DNA of 64,000 bases from Laetmonice hystrix (Eukaryota), in contig OZ249436.1 of NCBI GenBank assembly GCA_965235115.1, positions 24,430,001 to 24,494,000 on the forward strand. The letters are read 5' to 3'. Below the pieces are notes generated by a model. That model was not told the origin of the DNA. It did not search any database and saw only the letters and a list, made by a program, of their open reading frames with translations. This document shows, piece after piece, positions 25,701 through 40,328 of this stretch. How positions within the stretch are numbered: position 1 is the first letter of the stretch; the number at the start of each line of letters is the position of its first letter. The position numbers and the translations under genes were made by a program.

Positions 25701-28700
25701 CAGCTTGACGCACCTTGTAAAAAATTTTCAAGTGCGTAAAAATGCGTGTCCACCTCCACATACTTTAAAAATCACTATACCCACCCAGCGACATTCACTC
25801 TAATACACGCCTAAGAGGAACTTCACTGTCCCATTTGATTCTCCAGCACGTATAGGATGTTTCAAGTAACATTCATCCACGGTCTGGCCCAATAACGTGC
25901 AACAAGGCATAGTAAGTCAATGCGAGCTCGCATGTCAAACCTAACCCGCCCCCCAGCACATGAGCTGAAAATATTCAAATAGCTTGAAAACTAGAATATA
26001 GCTTTGCTTAATACCATTATACCATCAACTCGCATTACAGGCCTAATGCGAAGCTCCCAGCCTAAAACGAGTTTCCAATTAATTTAAAGTTAACAAGATG
26101 CACTAATAATCGATTCCAAGCCTAATTAGGCCATTGCTAGTTGGATAACCAAATCTCATACAAAATACACCCTCCCGGCAGATGACCTGAGAATATTCAA
26201 CTCTTATGTCCGATATATCCCTGTCCGCTTTGTAGCACCCAGCCGGGCCCCCATTTTGACATTGCAACACCAATACAGCAAGTGCCCAGCTAACAGCACA
26301 AATAACAGGATTCAGGGCTTCCTACCACGTTACAAGTCACAATAGATTGCTGCCTGTCGTAAAAATATACCAGACCATTTTAAAAAGTCACAGAACCCCA
26401 ATCCGGCCCTAATATGTCACTCCCAGTACCAATACACTCTGGAAGCACCATCAACTGAAATTCAGGCCTAGAACCCACCTCTCTCTACCAATATCATGCA
26501 CCTAGTCCGTATACGAGGTTGTAATTTACTTTAATCAACGGGCTGCGCCGCAGCAACCCACTCTGGTCTTTGCAATCTTTTTCAATATGCGTTAACATTT
26601 GTAACCAGCTCAACGCGCCTTGTAAAATTTTTCAAAGTGCGTAAAAGTGTGTGTCCACCCCGACACGCTTTCCAAACCACTATACCCACCGAGCGACATC
26701 CACTCAAATACAGGCTTCGACCGATCCTCACTGTGCCAATAATCCGCCACAAGGCAAATTCAGTCAATGCAAGCTGGAAAATCGAATGTCAAACCTAATA
26801 CTCCCCCCCCCAGCACGTTAACTGAAAATAATCAACTAGCTTGAAAACTAGAATATAGCTTTGTTTAGCTAACAATCTACTCTCCCAGCGCCATCAACTC
26901 GCATACAGGCGTAAAAGCAAACGCACTGCCCCATATAATGCTCCCAGCCTAAAACGATGTTGCAATTAATTTAAAATTAACAAGATGCACTAGTAATCCG
27001 ATCCAAGCTTAATTACGTCATTGCTAGTTTCATAACCAAATCTCACAGAAAATACCCCACCCGGGCACATAACCTGAAAATATTCAACTTTTATCTCCAA
27101 TGTATCCCTGTGCACCTAGTAGCACCCAAGCGGGCCCAATTTTGACATCCCAACACAAATACCGCAAATACCCGCCTAATGGCACAAAAAACTTTCTACC
27201 CCGTTGCAAGTCACATTAGCGTGCTGCTTGTCGTAAAAAATGGTGCAGACCATTTCTAAAGTCACAGTACCCCACTCCCGGCCTAATATTACGTTTCAGT
27301 ATCCATATACGCTGCAAGCGGCAGGAACTCGAATACAGGCCTAAAAGTAACCTCAGTCTAGCAATATCATACTCCCATGCCATATACGAGCTTGTAATTA
27401 TCTTTAATTAATGGGCTCCGCAGCACCAACCCACTGCATTAACATTTGTTTAACAGCTTGACGCACCTTGTAAAAAATTTTCAAGTGCGTAAAAATGCGT
27501 GTCCACCTCCACATACTTTAAAAATCACTATACCCACCCAGCGACATTCACTCTAATACACGCCTAAGAGGAACTTCACTGTCCCATTTGATTCTCCAGC
27601 ACGTATAGGATGTTTCAAGTAACATTCATCCACGGTCTGGCCCAATAACGTGCAACAAGGCATAGTAAGTCAATGCGAGCTCGCATGTCAAACCTAACCC
27701 GCCCCCCAGCACATGAGCTGAAAATATTCAAATAGCTTGAAAACTAGAATATAGCTTTGCTTAATACCATTATACCATCAACTCGCATTACAGGCCTAAT
27801 GCGAAGCTCCCAGCCTAAAACGAGTTTCCAATTAATTTAAAGTTAACAAGATGCACTAATAATCGATTCCAAGCCTAATTAGGCCATTGCTAGTTGGATA
27901 ACCAAATCTCATACAAAATACACCCTCCCGGCAGATGACCTGAGAATATTCAACTCTTATGTCCGATATATCCCTGTCCGCTTTGTAGCACCCAGCCGGG
28001 CCCCCATTTTGACATTGCAACACCAATACAGCAAGTGCCCAGCTAACAGCACAAATAACAGGATTCAGGGCTTCCTACCACGTTACAAGTCACAATAGAT
28101 TGCTGCCTGTCGTAAAAATATACCAGACCATTTTAAAAAGTCACAGAACCCCAATCCGGCCCTAATATGTCACTCCCAGTACCAATACACTCTGGAAGCA
28201 CCATCAACTGAAATTCAGGCCTAGAACCCACCTCTCTCTACCAATATCATGCACCTAGTCCGTATACGAGGTTGTAATTTACTTTAATCAACGGGCTGCG
28301 CCGCAGCAACCCACTCTGGTCTTTGCAATCTTTTTCAATATGCGTTAACATTTGTAACCAGCTCAACGCGCCTTGTAAAATTTTTCAAAGTGCGTAAAAG
28401 TGTGTGTCCACCCCGACACGCTTTCCAAACCACTATACCCACCGAGCGACATCCACTCAAATACAGGCTTCGACCGATCCTCACTGTGCCAATAATCCGC
28501 CACAAGGCAAATTCAGTCAATGCAAGCTGGAAAATCGAATGTCAAACCTAATACTCCCCCCCCAGCACGTTAACTGAAAATAATCAACTAGCTTGAAAAC
28601 TAGAATATAGCTTTGTTTAGCTAACAATCTACTCTCCCAGCGCCATCAACTCGCATACAGGCGTAAAAGCAAACGCACTGCCCCATATAATGCTCCCAGC

Positions 28701-31700
28701 CTAAAACGATGTTGCAATTAATTTAAAATTAACAAGATGCACTAGTAATCCGATCCAAGCTTAATTACGTCATTGCTAGTTTCATAACCAAATCTCACAG
28801 AAAATACCCCACCCGGGCACATAACCTGAAAATATTCAACTTTTATCTCCAATGTATCCCTGTGCACCTAGTAGCACCCAAGCGGGCCCAATTTTGACAT
28901 CCCAACACAAATACCGCAAATACCCACCTAATGGCACAAAAAACTTTCTACCCCGTTGCAAGTCACATTAGCGTGCTGCTTGTCGTAAAAAATGGTGCAG
29001 ACCATTTCTAAAGTCACAGTACCCCACTCCCGGCCTAATATTACGTTTCAGTATCCATATACGCTGCAAGCGGCAGGAACTCGAATACAGGCCTAAAAGT
29101 AACCTCAGTCTAGCAATATCATACTCCCATGCCATATACGAGCTTGTAATTATCTTTAATTAATGGGCTCCGCAGCACCAACCCACTGCATTAACATTTG
29201 TTTAACAGCTTAACACACCTTGTAAAATTTTTTCAAGTGCGTAAAAATGCGTGTCCACCTCCACATACTTTAAAAATCACTATACCCACCCAGCGACATC
29301 CACTCTAATACACGCCTAAAAGGAACTTCACTGTCCCATTTGATTCTCCAGCACGTATAGGATGTTTCAAGTAACATTCATCCACGGTCTGGCCCAATAA
29401 CGTGCAACAAGGCATAGTAAGTCAATGCGAGCTCGCATGTCAAACCTAACCCGCCCCCAAGCACATGAGCTGAAAATATTCAAATAGCTTGAAAACTAGA
29501 ATATAGCTTTGCTTAATACCATTATACCATCAACTCGCATTACAGGCCTAATGCGAAGCTCCCAGCCTAAAACGAGTTTCCAATTAATTTAAAGTTAACA
29601 AGATGCACTAATAATCGATTCCAAGCCTAATTAGGCCATTGCTAGTTGGATAACCAAATCTCATACAAAATACACCCTCCCGGCAGATGACCTGAGAATA
29701 TTCAACTCTTATGTCCGATATATCCCTGTCCGCTTAGTAGCACCCAGCCGGGCCCCCATTTTGACATTGCAACACCAATACAGCAAGTGCCCAGCTAACA
29801 GCACAAATAAGAGGATTCAGGGCTTCCTACCACGTTACAAGTCACAATAGATTGCTGCCTGTCGTAAAAATATACCAGACCATTTTAAAAAGTCACAGAA
29901 CCCCAATCCGGCCCTAATATGTCACTCCCAGTACCAATAGACGCTGGAAGCACCATCAACTGAAATTCAGGCCTAGAACCCACCTCTCTCTACCAATATC
30001 ATGCACCTAGTCCGTATACGAGGTTGTAATTTCCTTTAATCAACGGGCTGCGCCGCAGCAACCCACTCTGGTCTTTGCAATCTTTTTCAATATGCGTTAA
30101 CATTTGTGACCAGCTCAACGCGCCTTGTAAAATTTTTCAAAGTGCGTAAAAGTGTGTGTCCACCCCGACACGCTTTCCAAACCACTATACCCACCGAGCG
30201 ACATCCACTCAAATACAGGCTTCGACCGATCCTCACTGTGCCAATAATCCGCCACAAGGCAAATTCAGTCAATGCAAGCTGGAAAATCGAATGTCAAACC
30301 TAATGCTCCCCCCCCAGCACGTTAACTGAAAAAAATCAACTAGCTTGAAAACTAGAATATAGCTTTGTTTAGCTAACAATCTACTCTCCCAGCGCCATCA
30401 ACTCGCATACAGGCGTAAAAGCAAACGCACTGCCCCATATAATGCTCCCAGCATAAAACGATGTTGCAATTAATTTAAAATTAACAAGATGCACTAGTAA
30501 TCCGATCCAAGCTTAATTACGTCATTGCTAGTTTCATAACCAAATCTCACAGAAAATACCCCACCCGGGCACATAACCTGAAAATATTCAACTTTTATCT
30601 CCAATGTATCCCTGTGCACCTAGTAGCACCCAAGCGGGCCCAATTTTGACATTCCAACACAAATACCGCAAATACCCGCCTAATGGCACAAAAAACTTTC
30701 TACCCCGTTGCAAGTCACATTAGCTTGCTGCTTGTCGTAAAAAATGGTGCAGACCATTTCTAAAGTCACAGTACCCCACTCCCGGCCTAATATTACGTTT
30801 CAGTATCCATATACGCTGCAAGCGGCAGGAACTCGAATACAGGCCTAAAAGTAACCCCAGTCTAGCAATATCATACTCTCATGCCATATACGAGCTTGTA
30901 ATTATCTTTAATTAATGGGCTCCGCAGCACCAACCCACTGCATTAACATTTGTTTAACAGCTTAACGCACCTTGTAAAAAAATTTTCAAGTGCGTAAAAA
31001 TGCGTGTCCACCTCCACATACTTTAAAAATCACTATACCCACCCAGCGACATTCACTCTAATACACGCCTAAGAGGAACTTCACTGTCCCATTTGATTCT
31101 CCAGCACGTATAGGATGTTTCAAGTAACATTTATCCACGGTCTGGCCCAATAACGTGCAACAAGGCATAGTAAGTCAATGCGACCTCGCATGTCAAACCT
31201 AACCCGCCCCCCAGCACATGAGCTGAAAATATTCAAATAGCTTGAAAACTAGAATATAGCTTTGCTTAATACCATTATACCATCAACTCGCATTACAGGC
31301 CTAATGCGAAGCTCCCAGCCTAAAACGAGTTTCCAATTAATTTAAAGTTAACAAGATGCACTAATAATCGATTCCAAGCCTAATTAGGCCATTGCTAGTT
31401 GGATAACCAAATCTCATACAAAATACACCCTCCCGGCAGATGACCTGAGAATATTCAACTCTTATGTCCGATATATCCCTGTCCGCTTAGTAGCACCCAG
31501 CCGGGCCCCCATTTTGACATTGCAACACCAATACAGCAAGTGCCCAGCTAACAGCACAAATAACAGGATTCAGGGCTTCCTACCACGTTACAAGTCACAA
31601 TAGATTGCTGCCTGTCGTAAAAATATACCAGACCATTTTAAAAAGTCACAGAACCCCAATCCGGCCCTAATATGTCACTCCCAGTACCAATACACGCTGG

Positions 31701-34700
31701 AAGCACCATCAACTGAAATTCAGGCCTAGAACCCACCTCTCTCTACCAATATCATGCACCTAGTCCGTATACGAGGTTGTAATTTACTTTAATCAACGGG
31801 CTGCGCCGCAGCAACCCACTCTGGTCTTTGCAATCTTTTTCAATATGCGTTAACATTTGTAACCAGCTCAACGCGCCTTGTAAAATTTTTCAAAGTGCGT
31901 AAAAGTGTGTGTCCACCCCGACACGCTTTCCAAACCACTATACCCACCGAGCGACATCCACTCAAATACAGGCTTCGACCGATCCTCACTGTGCCAATAA
32001 TCCGCCACAAGGCAAATTCAGTCAATGCAAGCTGGAAAATCGAATGTCAAACCTAATGCTCCCCCCCCCCAGCACGTTAACTGAAAATAATCAACTAGCT
32101 TGAAAACTAGAATATAGCTTTGTTAAGCTAACAATCTACTCTCCCAGCGCCATCAACTCGCATACAGGCGTAAAAGCAAACGCACTGCCCCATATAATGC
32201 TTCCAGCCTAAAACGATGTTGCAATTAATTTAAAATTAACAAGATGCACTAGTAATCCGATCCAAGCCTAATTACGTCATTGCTAGTTTCATAACCAAAT
32301 CTCACAGAAAATACCCCACCCGCGCACATAACCTGAAAATATTCAACTTTTATCTCCAATGTATCCCTGTGCACCTAGTAGCACCCAAGCGGGCCCAATT
32401 TTGACATTCCAACACAAATACCGCAAATACCCGCCTAATGGCACAAAAAACTTTCTACCCCGTTGCAAGTCACATTAGCTTGCTGCTTGTCGTAAAAAAT
32501 GGTGCAGACCATTTCTAAAGTCACAGTACCCCACTCCCGGCCTAATATTACGTTTCAGTATCCATATACGCTGCAAGCGGCAGGAACTCGAATACAGGCC
32601 TAAAAGTAACCCCAGTCTAGCAATATCATACTCTCATGCCATATACGAGCTTGTAATTATCTTTAATTAATGGGCTCCGCAGCACCAACCCACTGCATTA
32701 ACATTTGTTTAACAGCTTAACGCACCTTGTAAAAAATTTTCAAGTGCGTAAAAATGCGTGTCCACCTCCACATACTTTAAAAATCACTATACCCACCCAG
32801 CGACATTCACTCTAATACACGCCTAAGAGGAACTTCACTGTCCCATTTGATTCTCCAGCACGTATAGGATGTTTCAAGTAACATTTATCCACGGTCTGGC
32901 CCAATAACGTGCAACAAGGCATAGTAAGTCAATGCGACCTCGCATGTCAAACCTAACCCGCCCCCCAGCACATGAGCTGGAGATATTCAAATAGCTTGAA
33001 AACTAGAATATAGCTTTGCTTAATACCATTATACCATCAACTCGCATTACAGGCCTAATGCGAAGCTCCCAGCCTAAAACGAGTTTCCAATTAATTTAAA
33101 TTTAACAAGATGCACTAATAATCGATTCCAAGCCTAATTAGGCCATTGCTAGTTGGATAACCAAATCTCATACAAAATACACCCTCCCGGCAGATGACCT
33201 GAGAATATTCAACTCTTATGTCCGATATATCCCTGTCCGCTTAGTAGCACCCAGCCGGGCCCCCATTTTGACATTGCAACACCAATACAGCAAGTGCCCA
33301 GCTAACAGCACAAATAACAGGATTCAGGGCTTCCTACCACGTTACAAGTCACAATAGATTGCTGCCTGTCGTAAAAATATACCAGACCATTTTAAAAAGT
33401 CACAGAACCCCAATCCGGCCCTAATATGTCACTCCCAGTACCAATAGACGCTGGAAGCACCATCAACTGAAATTCAGGCCTAGAACCCACCTCTCTCTAC
33501 CAATATCATGCACCTAGTCCGTATACGAGGTTGTAATTTACTTTAATCAACGGGCTGCGCCGCAGCAACCCACTCTGGTCTTTGCAATCTTTTTCAATAT
33601 GCGTTAACATTTGTGACCAGCTCAACGCGCCTTGTAAAATTTTTCAAAGTGCGTAAAAGTGTGTGTCCACCCCGACACGCTTTCCAAACCACTATACCCA
33701 CCGAGCGACATCCACTCAAATACAGGCTTCGACCGATCCTCACTGTGCCAATAATCCGCCACAAGGCAAATTCAGTCAATGCAAGCTGGAAAATCGAATG
33801 TCAAACCTAATGCTCCCCCCCCCCCAGCACGTTAACTGAAAATAATCAACTAGCTTGAAAACTAGAATATAGCTTTGTTAAGCTAACAATCTACTCTCCC
33901 AGCGCCATCAACTCGCATACAGGCGTAAAAGCAAACGCACTGCCCCATATAATGCTCCCAGCCTAAAACGATGTTGCAATTAATTTAAAATTAACAAGAT
34001 GCACTAGTAATCCGATCCAAGCCTAATTACGTCATTGCTAGTTTCATAACCAAATCTCACAGAAAATACCCCACCCGCGCACATAACCTGAAAATATTCA
34101 ACTTTTATCTCCAATGTATCCCTGTGCACCTAGTAGCACCCAAGCGGGCCCAATTTTGACATTCCAACACAAATACCGCAAATACCCGCCTAATGGCACA
34201 AAAAACTTTCTACCCCGTTGCAAGTCACATTAGCTTGCTGCTTGTCGTAAAAAATGGTGCAGACCATTTCTAAAGTCACAGTACCCCACTCCCGGCCTAA
34301 TATTACGTTTCAGTATCCATATACGCTGCAAGCGGCAGGAACTCGAATACAGGCCTAAAAGTAACCCCAGTCTAGCAATATCATACTCTCATGCCATATA
34401 CGAGCTTGTAATTATCTTTAATTAATGGGCTCCGCAGCACCAACCCACTGCATTAACATTTGTTTAACAGCTTAACGCACCTTGTAAAAAATTTTCAAGT
34501 GCGTAAAAATGCGTGTCCACCTCCACATACTTTAAACATCACTATACCCACCCAGCGACATTCACTCTAATACACGCCTAAGAGGAACTTCACTGTCCCA
34601 TTTGATTCTCCAGCACGTATAGGATGTTTCAAGTAACATTTATCCACGGTCTGGCCCAATAACGTGCAACAAGGCATAGTAAGTCAATGCGACCTCGCAT

Positions 34701-37700
34701 GTCAAACCTAACCCGCCCCCCAGCACATGAGCTGGAGATATTCAAATAGCTTGAAAACTAGAATATAGCTTTGCTTAATACCATTATACCATCAACTCGC
34801 ATTACAGGCCTAATGCGAAGCTCCCAGCCTAAAACGAGTTTCCAATTAATTTAAAGTTAACAAGATGCACTAATAATCGATTCCAAGCCTAATTAGGCCA
34901 TTGCTAGTTGGATAACCAAATCTCATACAAAATACACCCTCCCGGCAGATGACCTGAGAATATTCAACTCTTATGTCCGATATATCCCTGTCCGCTTAGT
35001 AGCACCCAGCCGGGCCCCCATTTTGACATTGCAACACCAATACAGCAAGTGCCCAGCTAACAGCACAAATAACAGGATTCAGGGCTTCCTACCACGTTAC
35101 AAGTCACAATAGATTGCTGCCTGTCGTAAAAATATACCAGACCATTTTAAAAAGTCACAGACCCCCAATCCGGCCCTAATATGTCACTCCCAGTACCAAT
35201 AGACGCTGGAAGCACCATCAACTGAAATTCAGGCCTAGAACCCACCTCTCTCTACCAATATCATGCACCTAGTCCGTATACGAGGTTGTAATTTACTTTA
35301 ATCAACGGGCTGCGCCGCAGCAACCCACTCTGGTCTTTGCAATCTTTTTCAATATGCGTTAACATTTGTGACCAGCTCAACGCGCCTTGTAAAATTTTTC
35401 AAAGTGCGTAAAAGTGTGTGTCCACCCCGACACGCTTTCCAAACCACTATACCCACCGAGCGACATCCACTCAAATACAGGCTTCGACCGATCCTCACTG
35501 TGCCAATAATCCGCCACAAGGCAAATTCAGTCAATGCAAGCTGGAAAATCGAATGTCAAACCTAATGCTCCCCCCCCCCCAGCACGTTAACTGAAAATAA
35601 TCAACTAGCTTGAAAACTAGAATATAGCTTTGTTAAGCTAACAATCTACTCTCCCAGCGCCATCAACTCGCATACAGGCGTAAAAGCAAACGCACTGCCC
35701 CATATAATGCTCCCAGCCTAAAACGATGTTGCAATTAATTTAAAATTAACAAGATGCACTAGTAATCCGATCCAAGCCTAATTACGTCATTGCTAGTTTC
35801 ATAACCAAATCTCACAGAAAATACCCCACCCGCGCACATAACCTGAAAATATTCAACTTTTATCTCCAATGTATCCCTGTGCACCTAGTAGCACCCAAGC
35901 GGGCCCAATTTTGACATTCCAACACAAATACCGCAAATACCCGCCTAATGGCACAAAAAACTTTCTACCCCGTTGCAAGTCACATTAGCTTGCTGCTTGT
36001 CGTAAAAAATGGTGCAGACCATTTCTAAAGTCACAGTACCCCACTCCCGGCCTAATATTACGTTTCAGTATCCATATACGCTGCAAGCGGCAGGAACTCG
36101 AATACAGGCCTAAAAGTAACCCCAGTCTAGCAATATCATACTCTCATGCCATATACGAGCTTGTAATTATCTTTAATTAATGGGCTCCGCAGCACCAACC
36201 CACTGCATTAACATTTGTTTAACAGCTTAACGCACCTTGTAAAAAATTTTCAAGTGCGTAAAAATGCGTGTCCACCTCCACATACTTTAAACATCACTAT
36301 ACCCACCCAGCGACATTCACTCTAATACACGCCTAAGAGGAACTTCACTGTCCCATTTGATTCTCCAGCACGTATAGGATGTTTCAAGTAACATTTATCC
36401 ACGGTCTGGCCCAATAACGTGCAACAAGGCATAGTAAGTCAATGCGACCTCGCATGTCAAACCTAACCCGCCCCCCAGCACATGAGCTGGAGATATTCAA
36501 ATAGCTTGAAAACTAGAATATAGCTTTGCTTAATACCATTATACCATCAACTCGCATTACAGGCCTAATGCGAAGCTCCCAGCCTAAAACGAGTTTCCAA
36601 TTAATTTAAAGTTAACAAGATGCACTAATAATCGATTCCAAGCCTAATTAGGCCATTGCTAGTTGGATAACCAAATCTCATACAAAATACACCCTCCCAG
36701 CAGATGACCTGAGAATATTCAACTCTTATGTCCGATATATCCCTGTCCGCTTAGTAGCACCCAGCCGGGCCCCCATTTTGACATTGCAACACCAATACAG
36801 CAAGTGCCCAGCTAACAGCACAAATAACAGGATTCAGGGCTTCCTACCACGTTACAAGTCACAATAGATTGCTGCCTGTCGTAAAAATATACCAGACCAT
36901 TTTAAAAAGTCACAGAACCCCAATCCGGCCCTAATATGTCACTCCCAGTACCAATAGACGCTGGAAGCACCATCAACTGAAATTCAGGCCTAGAACCCAC
37001 CTCTCTCTACCAATATCATGCACCTAGTCCGTATACGAGGTTGTAATTTACTTTAATCAACGGGCTGCGCCGCAGCAACCCACTCTGGTCTTTGCAATCT
37101 TTTTCAATATGCGTTAACATTTGTGACCAGCTCAACGCGCCTTGTAAAATTTTTCAAAGTGCGTAAAAGTGTGTGTCCACCCCGACACGCTTTCCAAACC
37201 ACTATACCCACCGAGCGACATCCACTCAAATACAGGCTTCGACCGATCCTCACTGTGCCAATAATCCGCCACAAGGCAAATTCAGTCAATGCAAGCTGGA
37301 AAATCGAATGTCAAACCTAATGCTCCCCCCCCCCCAGCACGTTAACTGAAAATAATCAACTAGCTTGAAAACTAGAATATAGCTTTGTTAAGCTAACAAT
37401 CTACTCTCCCAGCGCCATCAACTCGCATACAGGCGTAAAAGCAAACGCACTGCCCCATATAATGCTTCCAGCCTAAAACGATGTTGCAATTAATTTAAAA
37501 TTAACAAGATGCACTAGTAATCCGATCCAAGCCTAATTACGTCATTGCTAGTTTCATAACCAAATCTCACAGAAAATACCCCACCCGCGCACATAACCTG
37601 AAAATATTCAACTTTTATCTCCAATGTATCCCTGTGCACCTAGTAGCACCCAAGCGGGCCCAATTTTGACATTCCAACACAAATACCGCAAATACCCGCC

Positions 37701-40328
37701 TAATGGCACAAAAAACTTTCTACCCCGTTGCAAGTCACATTAGCTTGCTGCTTGTCGTAAAAAATGGTGCAGACCATTTCTAAAGTCACAGTACCCCACT
37801 CCCGGCCTAATATTACGTTTCAGTATCCATATACGCTGCAAGCGGCAGGAACTCGAATACAGGCCTAAAAGTAACCCCAGTCTAGCAATATCATACTCTC
37901 ATGCCATATACGAGCTTGTAATTATCTTTAATTAATGGGCTCCGCAGCACCAACCCACTGCATTAACATTTGTTTAACAGCTTAACGCACCTTGTAAAAA
38001 ATTTTCAAGTGCGTAAAAATGCGTGTCCACCTCCACATACTTTAAAAATCACTATACCCACCCAGCGACATTCACTCTAATACACGCCTAAGAGGAACTT
38101 CACTGTCCCATTTGATTCTCCAGCACGTATAGGATGTTTCAAGTAACATTTATCCACGGTCTGGCCCAATAACGTGCAACAAGGCATAGTAAGTCAATGC
38201 GACCTCGCATGTCAAACCTAACCCGCCCCCCAGCACATGAGCTGGAGATATTCAAATAGCTTGAAAACTAGAATATAGCTTTGCTTAATACCATTATACC
38301 ATCAACTCGCATTACAGGCCTAATGCGAAGCTCCCAGCCTAAAACGAGTTTCCAATTAATTTAAAGTTAACAAGATGCACTAATAATCGATTCCAAGCCT
38401 AATTAGGCCATTGCTAGTTGGATAACCAAATCTCATACAAAATACACCCTCCCGGCAGATGACCTGAGAATATTCAACTCTTATGTCCGATATATCCCTG
38501 TCCGCTTAGTAGCACCCAGCCGGGCCCCCATTTTGACATTGCAACACCAATACAGCAAGTGCCCAGCTAACAGCACAAATAACAGGATTCAGGGCTTCCT
38601 ACCACGTTACAAGTCACAATAGATTGCTGCCTGTCGTAAAAATATACCAGACCATTTTAAAAAGTCACAGAACCCCAATCCGGCCCTAATATGTCACTCC
38701 CAGTACCAATAGACGCTGGAAGCACCATCAACTGAAATTCAGGCCTAGAACCCACCTCTCTCTACCAATATCATGCACCTAGTCCGTATACGAGGTTGTA
38801 ATTTACTTTAATCAACGGGCTGCGCCGCAGCAACCCACTCTGGTCTTTGCAATCTTTTTCAATATGCGTTAACATTTGTGACCAGCTCAACGCGCCTTGT
38901 AAAACTTTTCAAAGTGCGTAAAAGTGTGTGTCCACCCCGACACGCTTTCCAAACCACTATACCCACCGAGCGACATCCACTCAAATACAGGCTTCGACCG
39001 ATCCTCACTGTGCCAATAATCCGCCACAAGGCAAATTCAGTCAATGCAAGCTGGAAAATCGAATGTCAAGCCTAATGCTCCCCCCCCCCAGCACGTTAAC
39101 TGAAAATAATCAACTAGCTTGAAAACTAGAATATAGCTTTGTTAAGCTAACAATCTACTCTCCCAGCGCCATCAACTCGCATACAGGCGTAAAAGCAAAC
39201 GCACTGCCCCATATAATGCTCCCAGCCTAAAACGATGTTGCAATTAATTTAAAATTAACAAGATGCACTAGTAATCCGATCCAAGCCTAATTACGTCATT
39301 GCTAGTTTCATAACCAAATCTCACAGAAAATACCCCACCCGCGCACATAACCTGAAAATATTCAACTTTTATCTCCAATGTATCCCTGTGCACCTAGTAG
39401 CACCCAAGCGGGCCCAATTTTGACATTCCAACACAAATACCGCAAATACCCGCCTAATGGCACAAAAAACTTTCTACCCCGTTGCAAGTCACATTAGCTT
39501 GCTGCTTGTCGTAAAAAATGGTGCAGACCATTTCTAAAGTCACAGTACCCCACTCCCGGCCTAATATTACGTTTCAGTATCCATATACGCTGCAAGCGGC
39601 AGGAACTCGAATACAGGCCTAAAAGTAACCCCAGTCTAGCAATATCATACTCTCATGCCATATACGAGCTTGTAATTATCTTTAATTAATGGGCTCCGCA
39701 GCACCAACCCACTGCATTAACATTTGTTTAACAGCTTAACGCACCTTGTAAAAAATTTTCAAGTGCGTAAAAATGCGTGTCCACCTCCACATACTTTAAA
39801 CATCACTATACCCACCCAGCGACATTCACTCTAATACACGCCTAAGAGGAACTTCACTGTCCCATTTGATTCTCCAGCACGTATAGGATGTTTCAAGTAA
39901 CATTTATCCACGGTCTGGCCCAATAACGTGCAACAAGGCATAGTAAGTCAATGCGACCTCGCATGTCAAACCTAACCCGCCCCCCAGCACATGAGCTGGA
40001 GATATTCAAATAGCTTGAAAACTAGAATATAGCTTTGCTTAATACCATTATACCATCAACTCGCATTACAGGCCTAATGCGAAGCTCCCAGCCTAAAACG
40101 AGTTTCCAATTAATTTAAAGTTAACAAGATGCACTAATAATCGATTCCAAGCCTAATTAGGCCATTGCTAGTTGGATAACCAAATCTCATACAAAATACA
40201 CCCTCCCAGCAGATGACCTGAGAATATTCAACTCTTATGTCCGATATATCCCTGTCCGCTTAGTAGCACCCAGCCGGGCCCCCATTTTGACATTGCAACA
40301 CCAATACAGCAAGTGCCCAGCTAACAGC

